A stretch of DNA of 64,000 nucleotides from Eledone cirrhosa. Lineage: Eukaryota. Below are positions 50,201-62,940 of this stretch, in pieces. The notes beneath the pieces were generated by a model, which worked only from the letters and a program-made list of their open reading frames with translations, had not been told where the DNA came from and made no database searches. Location: assembly GCA_964016885.1 (NCBI GenBank), contig OZ024740.1, forward strand, positions 391,654,001 to 391,718,000, written 5' to 3'. The position numbers were made by a program, and so were the translations under genes. Numbering within the stretch: position 1 is the stretch's first letter; the number at the start of each line of letters is the position of its first letter.

Positions 50201-53200
50201 TGTAGTCCTTGCGCGCCGGGAAAGACGCGTTCAGCTTCCAGTAACCAAGCCCTTATCTATGAAGTCTGTCTATGTCGATCTCACAGATCACAAATTTGTG
50301 GTCTGTGTAGTCGACTATTTTAAATTGTGGACAACTTATACTAGCCTTATCTAGTTCCCTGCAGAATACCCTATCTAGATACGATCTGGATGACCCGATG
50401 CGGTTTGTTCATGTCCACATTGGCACATTCGGGTGATCCAGTCGATACCTGTCAGACAGTTCAAAACGTCTGAGCAGGTTGGTGAGGCTCTTGCACCCTC
50501 CTCCCCTATCCACTAGCCCCACACGATCCCAGCGTGCATCCAAGATACCGTTCCAGTCGCCCACTAACACTAAAGAGCGGGACGTTCCAAGAAAGGTCTC
50601 TAGACGTCTGAAGAAATCTGGCCGTCCTGCCCCTGTTGGGGCGTAGACGGCTACTAGCCTGAAAGCATTGCCTTCGCTGCCGGTCACGTCCAGCACCACC
50701 GACTTACCTTCTGGGTCCAGGAAGATGGCCCGTATTGCGAGATCCAAGCCTCTCCGAAAAAGGACGGCAACCCCTCCCCCCGATCCTGGACGGCTGGGAG
50801 ATGCGTATACATCGTAGCCGCCGAAGATCGGTGCGAAGGCCCGTGCCTCGGAGATTCTGGTTTCACTGATGGCCACCACATCTATGTTTAGTGACCTGAG
50901 GTCATTGAGCAGGTAACCCTGCTTCCAAGATGACCCCAGGCCACGTGCATTTATACTGCCTATTCTGAGTACAGCAATGTTGGATGAGAAACGGGGCAAA
51001 TGAGAAAGGGTCACTTACCTTGTTCGTGTGGTGAAGGAACCGTAGAACCGTCCCTTTCGCTGGTCATGGGTGTTTCCAAGAGGATGTCAGTGTATATCCT
51101 CTTGGTAACCGTCCCTCTGAAGTCTCCAACTGCGTTGGGGAATTTTTGTTTTAAAGGTTTGTATTGTTCTATTGAGATTTCGATGATGCTTATGTTTGTC
51201 GGGAGAGTTCTTGGTGTTGGTGGGATGTAGTAATTTTTTTCCGTGATGTCTGTGTGCTGCTTTATATATTTTAAGAGTTCTTTTTTTGCTATGTTTATGG
51301 CTGTGTACTTTTTTGGGGGAGGAGTGATTTTGTTGCCGTTTTCTTCTTGTTGCTGTTTGGTGTGTGTGTCTTGTTGCGTTTGCGTTGTTGGTGTTTGTGG
51401 TGGTGTTGTTGCAAGTTTCTTGCTGCCTTTACCCCTCTTTGTATGCCTTCGCTTTTGGAGGGTGAATCTAAGGGTTCTTTTGTTTTTTGTTTTTTGTGGC
51501 AGACTGTTTGCCACGTCACTCCCGCCTCAAACTCCATGTCGGATTCTGTGGCGTCTGGGAGGGGTATGTGCTCCACGGCTGTTGGTGGTGGTAGTGGAGC
51601 CCTCTTCGGCAATGTTGTTGCTGGTGTAGCTATTTCAAATGTAGCTATTGGTGTTGCAGCTACTGATGATGCTGCTTTAGTTATCCGTGGCCTTGGTACG
51701 GGTGCTACGGACGTTGCCCTCCTACTCACCGTGGAAGGGGCTTCTTCGTTTGTTGCCTGCCCTGCTCTTGGTAGCAGCGGACCAGGTATTGGAGGGAGAG
51801 GGGCCCTCTTCGGTGTCTTCTGCGGGCAAAAGGCCCTGAGGTGACCTTTCGACCCACAGAGATAACATTTTGGCCGTCTTCCTTCTACACTTATAGGGAG
51901 TTGGAGTCCTTCCTCAAAGTCTATGATATCGGGGATAGCCTCGATACATTCCTGGTCAGTTTGTATAAGCATTTGCATGCCTATACCTGACCAGTTCTCT
52001 CTCCCTATTTTTTCTACTTGCAGCAAGGTCGCCCTGTTCTGAATTCCAGCAAGGACAGACACGGCCAGCCAAGGTATGGGCACGTCGGGTGGGACCTGGG
52101 TCACTTTGACCCTCACAATTTTCTGCCCGCAGTAGGAGGGCACCAAGACTAACTCCTCACTCTTTAGGGTTTCCAAAGAGTGAGACTTTGCTTCCTGGGG
52201 GGTGGCGAAAAGTACGTCTACTGTGGCGTACTTTCTGCCTCGGGTGATGTGGGTTTTGCGTGCCCAGACGCACCCAAAGGCCTTTTGTGGCTCTCTCCAC
52301 TCGATGTGAGATTTTGCTTACGGTGCGGTAAGTCACCGTTCGTAGCTGCTGGTCCTTGAAAAAATCGGGTGGAGGTTTCAGGGAAACTCTATTTGCGCTT
52401 CTTGTCACCATGGCCCTTGCGACTGCCATCTCCTCCTCTGTGACTAACACTGTCTCGATATTTCGGGCGACACCTGCAAAAGAAGTGGTCCCTTTTTCAG
52501 CAGCACCACTATTGCTGCCGCTACTGGTCTTACTGGTGGTGCTGAGGTCGCTATTACAGGTATCGGTGTCATTGTTGTTCTTTTCGCTGGTACAGTTGTT
52601 GGTGTTGTTTTCGTTGATACTGTTGCTGCTGTTACAGTTATTGTGGCTGTTGTTATTATTGTTGTTTTTGTTGATACTGTTCCTACTATTATTGTTGTTG
52701 TGGCTGTTGTTATTGTCATTGTTATTGTCGTTCTCGACCTTACCGCTGTTATTTTTGTTATTGTCGTTCTCGACCTTACCGCTGTTATTTTTGTTATTGT
52801 CGTTCTCGACTTTACCGCTGTTATTTTTGGTGTTGTTGTTGGTGATGTTGTTGGTGTTATTGTTGGTGTTGTTTGTGTTAGAAATATTTGTTAATTTTAA
52901 ATCTGTAACAATCTTTTTTTCCTTTGTAATATTTTCGTTTATATTTACCTCCGCTGGAACGCTGTCTTGTTGACATGCTGATAAAGTCTCCCTCTCTCTG
53001 TATTGTCTGACAGCGCTCTCTCTCTTTTTTGTGTTATCCATGTTGAAATTTTTCAAAAAATATTTTTACGCAAATACGAAATACGACACCCCGTAAAAGG
53101 GTGCCGTATTATTTACTAGTGAACCCCTGTATTAGGTGGGTCACTTCTTCTAAACTTTTATCAAATTTAAAACTTGAATAAAAGGTTTAGAACGGTTGAA

Positions 53201-53257
53201 AAAGAGGTAAAACGTTGAAAAAGACTGGAGGCGGTAAGAAGCGTGGCTTCACCAACC
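47272..53257 (-). mobile_element. Full-length Tx1-like LINE, family D, disrupted, in (AAT)n
   Basis: ORF1 51011-53042 (CYLCGSKGHLRAFC; 36-bp repeat NNSGKVENDNNK x3), ORF2 47560-50980 with several stops and frameshifts; (AAT)n on both ends. Confidence 0.93.
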
Positions 53258-53275
53258 AATAATAATAATAATAAT

Positions 53276-54115
53276 GATTTCTTTATTGGCCACAAGGGCT
53301 GACATCAAGAAAAATATTACAGACGGTACAGGACGGTACGATGTGAGTTTTGTGCGTGTAAAGAAAAAAGACATAGAAACAAATATATATATAAACAATA
53401 AAAATGAAAATTCAAACAATGAAAAATTCCCCAATAGGGGGGAAACCTCCGAGGGTTACTCGTGGCGAAAACCACACAAAAGACCACGGCCACCCTGACC
53501 ACCAGGGCAAGCGCCCTCTCTCAATTTTTCCATTTCTCAAACTACAGGTGTATATTCAGAGCGCTCCCGTTCACTCGGACCATTCTCGCTACATTCACCC
53601 ACCTTTCAACAAACTTGCTAGAAGGCAGCACTTGCCTTTCCACCCTGATTTTCCTCTTCAAGTAAAATTTGAAAAAGTTAATTAGGGATTCACCGAAGAG
53701 GAAAGTGTCTATCTTTAACCCTTTCAACCTTGCCCACCACACAATCTCTTTCGCCATGGTCACCAAGCAGATGAAAACTGCCTGCCCTTCCTCCTCGAAG
53801 GAAGACGGCGAGACCATCTGCACAATGGACTCAATCGATAACCGGATCAGTCCTACACACGACAGCAACTGTTCGACATAGCTCCACAAGTCAGCAATGC
53901 TCGGGCACTGAACGAGTGCGTGCACGACGGTTTCGTCGTTCTGCGCGCATCTCGGACAGGCTCGGCTGACGGCACTTCCGTGCCTGTGGAGCCGATCTCG
54001 AACCGGCAACGCTCCCCGGTAGCACTGCCAGGCCAGGGATTTTTGGAAGTTATCCATAGGCCCTGCGCTGAAAGTTTTCCGAAAGAGAGCAAACAGCTGA
54101 TCTTCTTCGACGCCC
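53276..54115 (-). mobile_element. 5'-truncated family-D LINE
   Basis: Matches 47272-48132; (AAT)n on both sides. Confidence 0.92.
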
Positions 54116-54457
54116 AATAATAATAATAATAATAATACTGGTACTACACACGTATTGAGAAGAGCACTATCTCTGTAAGATTGATATCCCTCCTATTGAG
54201 AAGAGCACTATCTTTGTAAGATTGATATCCCTCCTTGTATTCACATATGCATATGCACATGTGTATATATGTATACTGTTTTTTTTTTATTATTATTTTA
54301 AATTATAATCAATGTGCTGTATTAACTGGCTTACCAATGCACACTGTGAACTTATTTGCCTAGGTGTCAGGAAGACACTCGGCATATATCTCAGAAACAA
54401 TAATGAAAGAAAATAAAAATAACAACAATAATAATAATAATAATAATAATAATAATT

Positions 54458-55405
54458 TAACCTGCCCTTCCCGACTAAAGGATGGCGGTTCTTCATGATG
54501 GACGCAGCTGATAGCCGTATCCATTCTAAACGTGACAGCAACGAATACATTCAGGAGAGTTTCGTCGCTTCAGTGCAGCCACGAAGGTCATGCGACAGTG
54601 GTTAACGGGAGCGATGGACGCGTTTACCACCTCTGCCCGACCTTTCATTAATAGCTTCCTCTCGACCCATTTTTGAGTGAGAGTAGCTACGCTGGTCGTA
54701 TTTTTATCACGGTTTTTGTTAATTTGAAAGTCAGGACAAAGCTAGATTCCGGTTAATTTAATCTGAGCGTTCATCCAGCACCCGACGACTTTTCATGGTT
54801 AATTTTCGCACCTGTTACCGCTTCGTATTTCTTGGGAGCGATGCCGATCATCCCAATGTGTTTGGTGTTCGATACCCATAATTGCAAAGCCGCTGACACA
54901 TCTTAGTTCGCACACGACGCACCTCAACGTCTCCAATTTGTGTAGTAGTGACTCAAAAGTCAATAAAACAATAGAAACGAGACGACAACTTTGGCAGACC
55001 GAGTGCATGATGTTGAACTTTACCGAGAGGTGACTGTTCACCCTGACAACAGAGCAGATATCGCAGTGCGTTGTAACGATCGATCATCTGAAAACGGGTC
55101 CGAAGCCGGCTGCCTTGAGGACTGCCGCCAGGTACCGATAGTCGACCCTATCAAAAGCTTTCGAAAGGTTCGTTAGCTACACTCTCTATGATGTATCGCA
55201 TGAGGTGGAGGTTGTCTTAGATGGATCTGTTCGGTAAAAGGCATGTTTGCATCTCCCCTAACACCATGGCTAAAATTGTAAGCCCTCTGTTTATCTGAAT
55301 TATGAGACTAGAATTATCAAAATAGTCGCCCTTGTTCCAGTCATTTCTCAGCAGCGCCACCGCCATAAGACAGTCCAGGCAAATTATCCCTCGTGCAGTT
55401 AGACA
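54458..55405 (-). pseudogene. Old, heavily deleted Tx1-like ORF2 relic
   Basis: Recognisable KAFDRVD, NLHLMRYII and RKLL.KGRAEV segments with many indels; follows an (AAT)n tract. Confidence 0.75.
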
Positions 55406-55585
55406 TTCTTCTTCTTCTTCTTCTTCTTCTTCTTCTTCTTCTTCTTCTTCTTCTTCTTCTTCTTCTTCTTCTTCTTCTTCTTCTTCTTCTTCTTCTTCTT
55501 CTTCTTCTTCTTCTTCTTCTTCTTCTTCTTCTTCTTCTTCTTCTTCTTCTTCTTCTTCTTCTTCTTCTTCTTCTTCTTCTTCTTC
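55406..55585. repeat. (CTT)n microsatellite
   Basis: Pure trinucleotide run. Confidence 0.97.
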
Positions 55586-56149
55586 GCCCATGCATTCTTT
55601 CACACTTGCCATGCTAATGAAGAAGAAGAAGACGACGACGACGGCGACTCGAGTAAAAGATCAAATTGAATAAGAAAAACAGTGAAATGACACCAGCTTC
55701 TTTCTAATTATATGTGGGAATTCAAGAAAGAGGGGGAGAAAGATAGAGACTTTGAGATGTTACTGGAAGTAAGAAACTATCAAAACGAAAAATAAGTAAA
55801 TGTAATTATAAATCATATTGATAATTCTAATAGTATTAGAGATTACTAACAAAAAATAAGAAATTATAAATAATCAAATTAGGACTATACACATTATCAC
55901 CAGGCCCGTCTCTTCTATCAATGCTACGACCACGGAACCCATGTGTCAGCCTCTGTGTGTTTACTTGTCATCTAAAAATAGCAGCGAAATCTCTCTCAAT
56001 TCACACCCGATCGTCTTAAAATGTAAATTTGGATAATGAAATCTTAGATGACCCTAAAAAGAAGGAACTGGAATACTTTTGATCTTAGGTTTATTCTATT
56101 GGAGTTGACCTTGAGCTAATCAGAAACAGTAACGACGCTATTATCAAAG

Positions 56150-56151
56150 TT

Positions 56152-56186
<35 letters not shown>

Positions 56187-56895
56187 TATCATCATCATAA
56201 GAATGTTGATAATGGAACCGATTATCATACAATTATCGATTATCATACAATTATAGAAATTGTTGTCAATAACAACACTACAACTCCCTGCAACACCAAC
56301 ACCACCACCACCACCACCACTATCGTTTACGTCAAACACAACTTTCCTCAACACCCACAGCATCAACACGAATACCACCACCACTACCACCATCATCACC
56401 ATCACCATCACCATCACCAACAACACCATCACCATCACCTCCACCACCAACACCACCATCACCAACATCACCATCACCTCCACCACCACCACCACCACAA
56501 TCACCATCACCAACACCACCACCACCACCACCACCACCACCACCACCACCACCATCACCACAATCACCATGACCAACACCACCACCAACACCACCACCAC
56601 CACCACCACCACAATCACCACTACCACAATCACCACCACCAACACCACCACCATCACCAACACCTCCAACATCACCACCATCACCACAATCACCATCACC
56701 AACACCACCACCACCACCACCACAATCACCACTACCACAATCACCACCACCAACACCACCACCATCACCAACACCTCCAACATCACCACCATCAACACCA
56801 ACACCACCACTATCACCATCACCAAAACCATCACCACCACCATCACCACAATCACCAACACCAACACCACAGTGATCATCATCATCATCATCTAC
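56150..56895. repeat. Degenerate (CAC/CAT/CAA)n low-complexity tract
   Basis: Trinucleotide mosaic with internal higher-order duplication. Confidence 0.9.
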
Positions 56896-57238
56896 CACAT
56901 TGCAGAGTACTTAAAAAAGTGTAATAAAAATCCCATTTCCAAAAATAACTCATATCGGAAGTTAATATTTCCACAGAAACCGCAAAAAGATGATTTCAAT
57001 TACATTTTATTTCTAATTTTCTCATTTTAATTTAATCAAAATTGCTTGACAGCGAGTGCATGATCGATTACAGATTTGATTAGCAGATCAGTGAACAATT
57101 ATATCAGTACTCAAATGCCTGTACACACCATTGTTCAAATGAGATTGAGAAAATAGAAATATATACGACTAATTTATAATACATGATTAAATGTATGTCT
57201 GTACTTGCGTAGCTTTACACACACACACACGCCCGCGC

Positions 57239-57334
<96 letters not shown>

Positions 57335-57448
57335 GTATGTATATATACAGGGTGTCCCAAAAAAGGCATACATACACGCTTCAACAGCATTCTAATAAAT
57401 ATTGCCTGTACAGGTAATTAAAGTGTGTATATATATATATATATATAT

Positions 57449-58099
57449 ATGAGAGACGTAAAATAAGAAAATTATAAAATTAACTTACTTACTAAAATTT
57501 CACTCCAACTAATTAGTTTCTGAAAGGGAATAAACATAGTTTCCTAAGAAACGTACGGAGAAGCCTTTCGTCATCAGGGAAGTCTATTCTCAGCTAAGTT
57601 TCCAGGCAATACGTGGACACAGGGAACTTATACAAAAATAATTCAGTGGATGGAAAAAAGCAAAGCGTGGACTAAATTCCAAGCCATTGAAAAAATCACT
57701 GCCTACTGCGTCGGTGGCAAATTAAAAAAAAATCAATCACGTTACATCGAGGTCAATCAGTGAAGAGTGGTTTGTTAAGAAAACAGCAGCCGGACCGTTA
57801 CTATAGTAGCAGTTTTGGCCAATTTTTGCTCGACAAAATAATTTGGAGATAATTATAAAGAATTAGTATATCTAGTAACATATATATACACAGATGCATA
57901 CTTATGCTAGCAAATATATAGGTTTTGTCTTAGTAACTTTGTGGTTCAATGCATGGGGATGCAGAACAATAATATGAGAGACGTAAAATAAGAAAATTAT
58001 AAAATTAACTTACTTACTAAAATTTCACTCCAACAAAGTTACTAAGACAAAACCTATATATTTGCTACCATAAGTATGCATCTGTGTATATATATGGTA
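57449..58099 (-). mobile_element. Diverged copy of the 525-nt retrozyme-like element with an inverted 5' piece
   Basis: Homologous to 28088-28927; direct repeat at 57451/57976 (525-nt period); 58035-58099 is an inverted copy of ~57855-57940; (TA)n flanks. Confidence 0.82.
57502..57583 (-). ncRNA. Type I hammerhead with extended stem II
   Basis: ACTTCC-CTGATGA-c-GAAAGG-[insert]-CCTTTC-a-GAAA-CTAATTAG-TT-GGAGT. Confidence 0.83.
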
Positions 58100-58114
58100 C
58101 TAGATATACTAATT

Positions 58115-58190
<76 letters not shown>

Positions 58191-58347
58191 TTGCGAGGTT
58201 TTTGATATGAAATCGTGAAAGGAGGGAAGGGGGACCCAGAGCCCACCCAAGAAACCCAAACAGACCCGGGGACTCCCCACCGTGCCTGGAGGAAGACCAC
58301 CACGTAACACCTAACGGGAACCCCAATCTAGGCACGCAAAGGTCGAC

Positions 58348-58779
58348 CACCCTCTGCAACTGCAGAAACCCCGAATCATGCCCCCTTGGTAATGAATGCC
58401 TTAAGAAGAACCTAGTATACCGTTGTAGGGTTAAAACCCCCAACTCCGAACACCTCTACATAGGAGCCACATCAACGAGCTTTAAAGACCGCTGGTACAG
58501 CCATCGCCATTCATTCAATAAGGAGGCCAAAAAGAAAAGCACGGCTCTCTCCGACCAGATCTGGAAGCTTAAGCTGGACAGAACCCCGTACTCTCTGGCC
58601 TGGTACATAATCAGGAAAGTACCACCCGATATAGGGGGATCTTGCATATGCAAACGATGCCTGAACGAGACCCTCGAGATACTAAGAGGTGGAAGCGGCC
58701 TGATAAACCTCAGAACCGACTTCTTCGGGACATGCAGACACCTTAGAGCCGGGACCTTCCTCAAGATATATGGACAGTA
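58348..58779 (+). CDS. PLE GIY-YIG endonuclease domain (partial, no start codon, absent from the ORF track)
   Basis: Hand translation: CNCRNPESCPLGNECLKKNLVYRCRV..LYIGATSTSFKDRWYSHRHSF..STALSDQIW..CKRCLNE..LINLRTDFFGTCRH. Confidence 0.85.
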
Positions 58780-60061
58780 GCAACACAAGAAGATGTGAAC
58801 TCCCCTCAAGCAATAGGGACTTCTCCAGAACATGTAGACACCTCTCGGCCAGACCTCCCTCAAGCTATATGGGCAGTAACAACACCCTAGGTTGAGAACT
58901 CCCCTCAAGCCATAGGGAACAACCCAGGCTGAGGAGACACTATGATAGCTTAGAGATTGAATCGGACACAACCATTATAATTTGGCCAACATCTATATAA
59001 CACAAACATATTTTAATTTACTTGATTTCTGATTTTCAAATTCCAATTGTAAATCTTGATTTCTCTTGATTAATTTGTTATTTGTTTTCTGTTCTCTTCA
59101 CTGTATCACCTTTATATCTATTTTAAAGCTGAGATTGATTATAACACAAACACATTTTGTTTGATTATCTTATTCTTTTATTATTATTTTAACATCTTAT
59201 TCCTCATACCAATCTATCCAACATATTTCTGACCTTGAGATTGGTTATAGCACACACACACTTTATCCTACTTTATTTGAATCTTCATTTTATTTTTCAC
59301 TTCTCCATATTCATTTTCATTACTTTTTCACCAATTTTTCATTTATTCTTTATTCTCTATTTATAATTTATTTTCTGTTTTCTTCTTTTATTGCCTTATA
59401 TTTCTTCATGTACATGGAAGACCCCCCCCCCCACACACACCAGCACCACCACGGAAGATGGTGGCAGGAGGGATGAAGAAAAAACACACACAGATACTTC
59501 TAAATTGTCAGCAACAGCAAGACATAAGCTGACCACAACACCAGCAACACTACCGAAATAATGGTAGAGGTCAAATGTACTTAACAATAGCAAACACAAA
59601 CACTACAGGGAGCCTCACCCCAGAAAGAATTTCTATAGACTTCTGACTGAGGAATGCTTTCAAAACTGACCAATGGGAAGTTTACCATTTTTTTTTGTTA
59701 TTTTGTTCCTTTACCACCTTGTTCCTTCTACCACTTTATCAATTTTTTAAGCTAGCTCCAACAATAACAACACTACCAACACAAGAATTGAGGTCAGATG
59801 TACCTAACAATAACAAGAACAACAACTACAGATTGGCTTGCCTCAGAACGAACTTCTATAGACTTTTGAATGAGGAATGTTCTAACAACTGACCAATGAG
59901 AGGAGAAGAGGCCCTTTGACACTGAAATTCGTTTGTTTGACTTCATATGACTCCAGTTCCTCAGTGAAATAACAACCCAACCAGGAACTGGGCATATCAG
60001 AGTATTGACAAAATTATACACTTCAACAACATATGTACTTGTCTATACCCCACTAATTCGG

Positions 60062-60116
60062 ACTGCCTGAAGAGGTCACAGCCAAAGATGGCTGTCGCCG
60101 AAATATATATAGCAGT
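60062..60116 (+). ncRNA. Type I hammerhead ribozyme in the PLE pLTR
   Basis: ACTGC-CTGAAGA-GG-tc-ACAGCCA-aaga-TGGCTGT-cg-CC-GAAA-TATATA-TA-GCAGT followed by AATAAA. Confidence 0.9.
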
Positions 60117-60180
60117 AATAAACGAACCTAAATTTTAAACATTTGACTTTTTATTTTACTTTATTTTATATATATATATA

Positions 60181-61917
60181 TTGAGCACTCTTATTCGATA
60201 TGTGTATTTCCACATTTCCTCGAATAGTTTTCGCGGATGTAGAGGTTATCTCCCTTGCCGGATTCCATGTGCGTATTTCGCTTGTAGTTAGCCTCTTATC
60301 CGCTAGGAAAAAGCTCGTTGATGAAGTAAACTTCCATTCCGCTTGCTCTAGAAGTCTTATATATTTATATGTGAGCTGATAGAGTACAGTCTAAGGATTT
60401 ACAGAAACCCAAGAAGCTAGATTTAACACCTTTCTAGTGGGTCCGGGTATGATTTTACATTCATTTAAATTATTGATGTATTGTTTTATTGATATTTTTT
60501 ATCTGATTGTCCCGAATCTTCTATTATCGATTTTTTATCGTATGGTTGATTTTAGACTTGTTCTATGTGTGACGGTATTTTAACGATAGTTATAGCTCTG
60601 ATTCATCTGAATTATTGAGCCCTCTGCCGCTCATTTCGAATATTGTTTATCGTGAACTCGTGCGCCGATTTTTCGATACTCGATCTTTCTAATATTTTTA
60701 GCTCTGGACTTAGCTATCCACCAGTTAATTTTATTGCTCATTTTTTGTCGATTCTATTGAGTGATGAATAGCTCCTGTTTTATTTTAACATGTCTATTGA
60801 GCACTCTTATTCGATATGTGTATTTCCACATTTCCTCGAATAGTTTTCGCGGATGTAGAGGTTATCTCCCTTGCCGGATTCCATGTGCGTATTTCGCTTG
60901 TAGTTAGCCTCTTATCCGCTAGGAAAAAGCTCGTTGATGAAGTAAACTTCCATTCCGCTTGCTCTAGAAGTCTTATATATTTATATGTGAGCTGATAGAG
61001 TACAGTCTAAGGATTTACAGAAACCCAAGAAGCTAGATTTAACACCTTTCTAGTGGGTCCGGGTATGATTTTACATTCATTTAAATTATTGATGTATTGT
61101 TTTATTGATATTTTTTATCTGATTGTCCCGAATCTTCTATTATCGATTTTTTATCGTATGGTTGATTTTAGACTTGTTCTATGTGTGACGGTATTTTAAC
61201 GATAGTTATAGCTCTGATTCATCTGAATTATTGAGCCCTCTGCCGCTCATTTCGAATATTGTTTATCGTGAACTCGTGCGCCGATTTTTCGATACTCGAT
61301 CTTTCTAATATTTTTAGCTCTGGACTTAGCTATCCACCAGTTAATTTTATTGCTCATTTTTTGTCGATTCTATTGAGTGATGAATAGCTCCTGTTTTATT
61401 TTAACATGTCTATTGAGCACTCTTATTCGATATGTGTATTTCCACATTTCCTCGAATAGTTTTCGCGGATGTAGAGGTTATCTCCCTTGCCGGATTCCAT
61501 GTGCGTATTTCGCTTGTAGTTAGCCTCTTATCCGCTAGGAAAAAGCTCGTTGATGAAGTAAACTTCCATTCCGCTTGCTCTAGAAGTCTTATATATTTAT
61601 ATGTGAGCTGATAGAGTACAGTCTAAGGATTTACAGAAACCCAAGAAGCTAGATTTAACACCTTTCTAGTGGGTCCGGGTATGATTTTACATTCATTTAA
61701 ATTATTGATGTATTGTTTTATTGATATTTTTTATCTGATTGTCCCGAATCTTCTATTATCGATTTTTTATCGTATGGTTGATTTTAGACTTGTTCTATGT
61801 GTGACGGTATTTTAACGATAGTTATAGCTCTGATTCATCTGAATTATTGAGCCCTCTGCCGCTCATTTCGAATATTGTTTATCGTGAACTCGTGTGCCGA
61901 TTTTTCGATACTCGATC

Positions 61918-61927
<10 letters not shown>
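60181..61927. repeat. 616-bp tandem array, ~2.8 near-identical units, between (TA)n tracts
   Basis: Units start at 60181, 60797 and 61413. Confidence 0.95.
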
Positions 61928-61994
<67 letters not shown>

Positions 61995-62000
61995 TATATA

Positions 62001-62108
62001 CTTGGGGAGGGTCATATTGTTGTAATAATATTGCCAGAATTAATAACAGAACACACTCACTGTTATTAATTCTGGCAATATTATTACAACAATATGACCC
62101 TCCCCAAG
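62001..62108. repeat. Perfect hairpin with 49-bp arms next to (TA)n
   Basis: cttggggagggtcatattg...aataacag / ctgttatt...caatatgaccctccccaag. Confidence 0.9.
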
Positions 62109-62162
62109 CATAACAATATTTGTTTCGACACACGATTTCATATAAAAAACATCGCAAAACAA

Positions 62163-62210
<48 letters not shown>

Positions 62211-62254
62211 ATAATAATAAATTTGAAGACTAAAATCCAAAGAGGGCTCGATAA

Positions 62255-62305
62255 GGTTTCAGAATATCCCGTTAAGGGTGAAAGCAGCGATTCTTTGCTT
62301 AAACT
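62255..62305 (+). ncRNA. Hammerhead-like motif of the CAGA-core family (core further mutated to CAGAATA)
   Basis: Same family as 22542; preceded by an inverted 3'-end piece. Confidence 0.55.
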
Positions 62306-62349
62306 TTAATCTGTTATTTTAATAAATATATATATATATATATAATAAT

Positions 62350-62653
62350 AATTGTTTCTACTTTTGGCACAAGGCCAGCAATTACCCAATGCATTACTGG
62401 TACTTTATTCTATCGACCCCGGAAGGATGAAAGGCAAAGTTAACCTCGGCGGGATATATAATAATAATTGTTTCTACTTTAGGCACAAGGCCAGCAATTA
62501 ACCAGTGCATTACTGGTACTTTATTTTATCGACCCCATAAGGATGAACGGCAAAGTCAACCTCGGCGGGATTTGAACTCAGATCGTAAAGGGACGTAACT
62601 ATGCTGGAAAGCATGGCGTCCGATCCTCTACCGATACTACCAATCCACCGCCT
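62350..62653 (-). mobile_element. Two tandem tRNA-derived SINE copies (one truncated)
   Basis: 62350-62454 and 62466-62653 match 5365-5553. Confidence 0.85.
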
Positions 62654-62767
62654 AATATGTAATAATAATAATAATAAATATGAAGACTAAAATCCAAAGA
62701 GGGCTCGATAAGGATATATATATATCAAATATATAAGAACCCTAGAGCAAATATTTATTAAAATAAC

Positions 62768-62818
62768 GGTTTCAGAAGATCCCGTTGAGGGTGAAAGCTG
62801 CGATTCTTTGCTTAAACT
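62768..62818 (+). ncRNA. Hammerhead-like motif of the CAGAAGA family
   Basis: GGTTT-CAGAAGA-t-CCC-gttga-GGG-t-GAAA-GC..GC-TT-AAACT. Confidence 0.68.
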
Positions 62819-62843
62819 TTAATCTGTCATTTTAATAAATATG

Positions 62844-62891
<48 letters not shown>

Positions 62892-62940
62892 TAAAGAATA
62901 AAACAATGAAACAGTTCCTTATATTAAACAAAAAAAGTTC

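Larger units (their letters stand above)
58188..60170 (+). mobile_element. 5'-truncated Penelope-like element (Naiad-type): GIY-YIG endonuclease plus long 3' region ending in a hammerhead
   Basis: GIY-YIG frame, duplicated 3' segments, hammerhead at 60062, (TA)n on both flanks. Confidence 0.82.

Noticed and set aside
55217-57030. Poly-Glu/Ser/Arg/Leu and Thr- or Gly-rich long ORFs (mucin-like or glycine-rich-like)
   Set aside because: Products of (CTT)n and (CAC)n tracts open in several frames on both strands
57348-57415. CAGGGTGTCCCAAAA Tc1/mariner-like terminus
   Set aside because: No partner TIR or transposase sequence found
60598-60640. Minus-strand GAAA-TGAGC..GCTCA..CAGATGA in the 616-bp unit as a permuted hammerhead
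   Set aside because: Extra nucleotide before the UH site and no room for stem I; topology does not close
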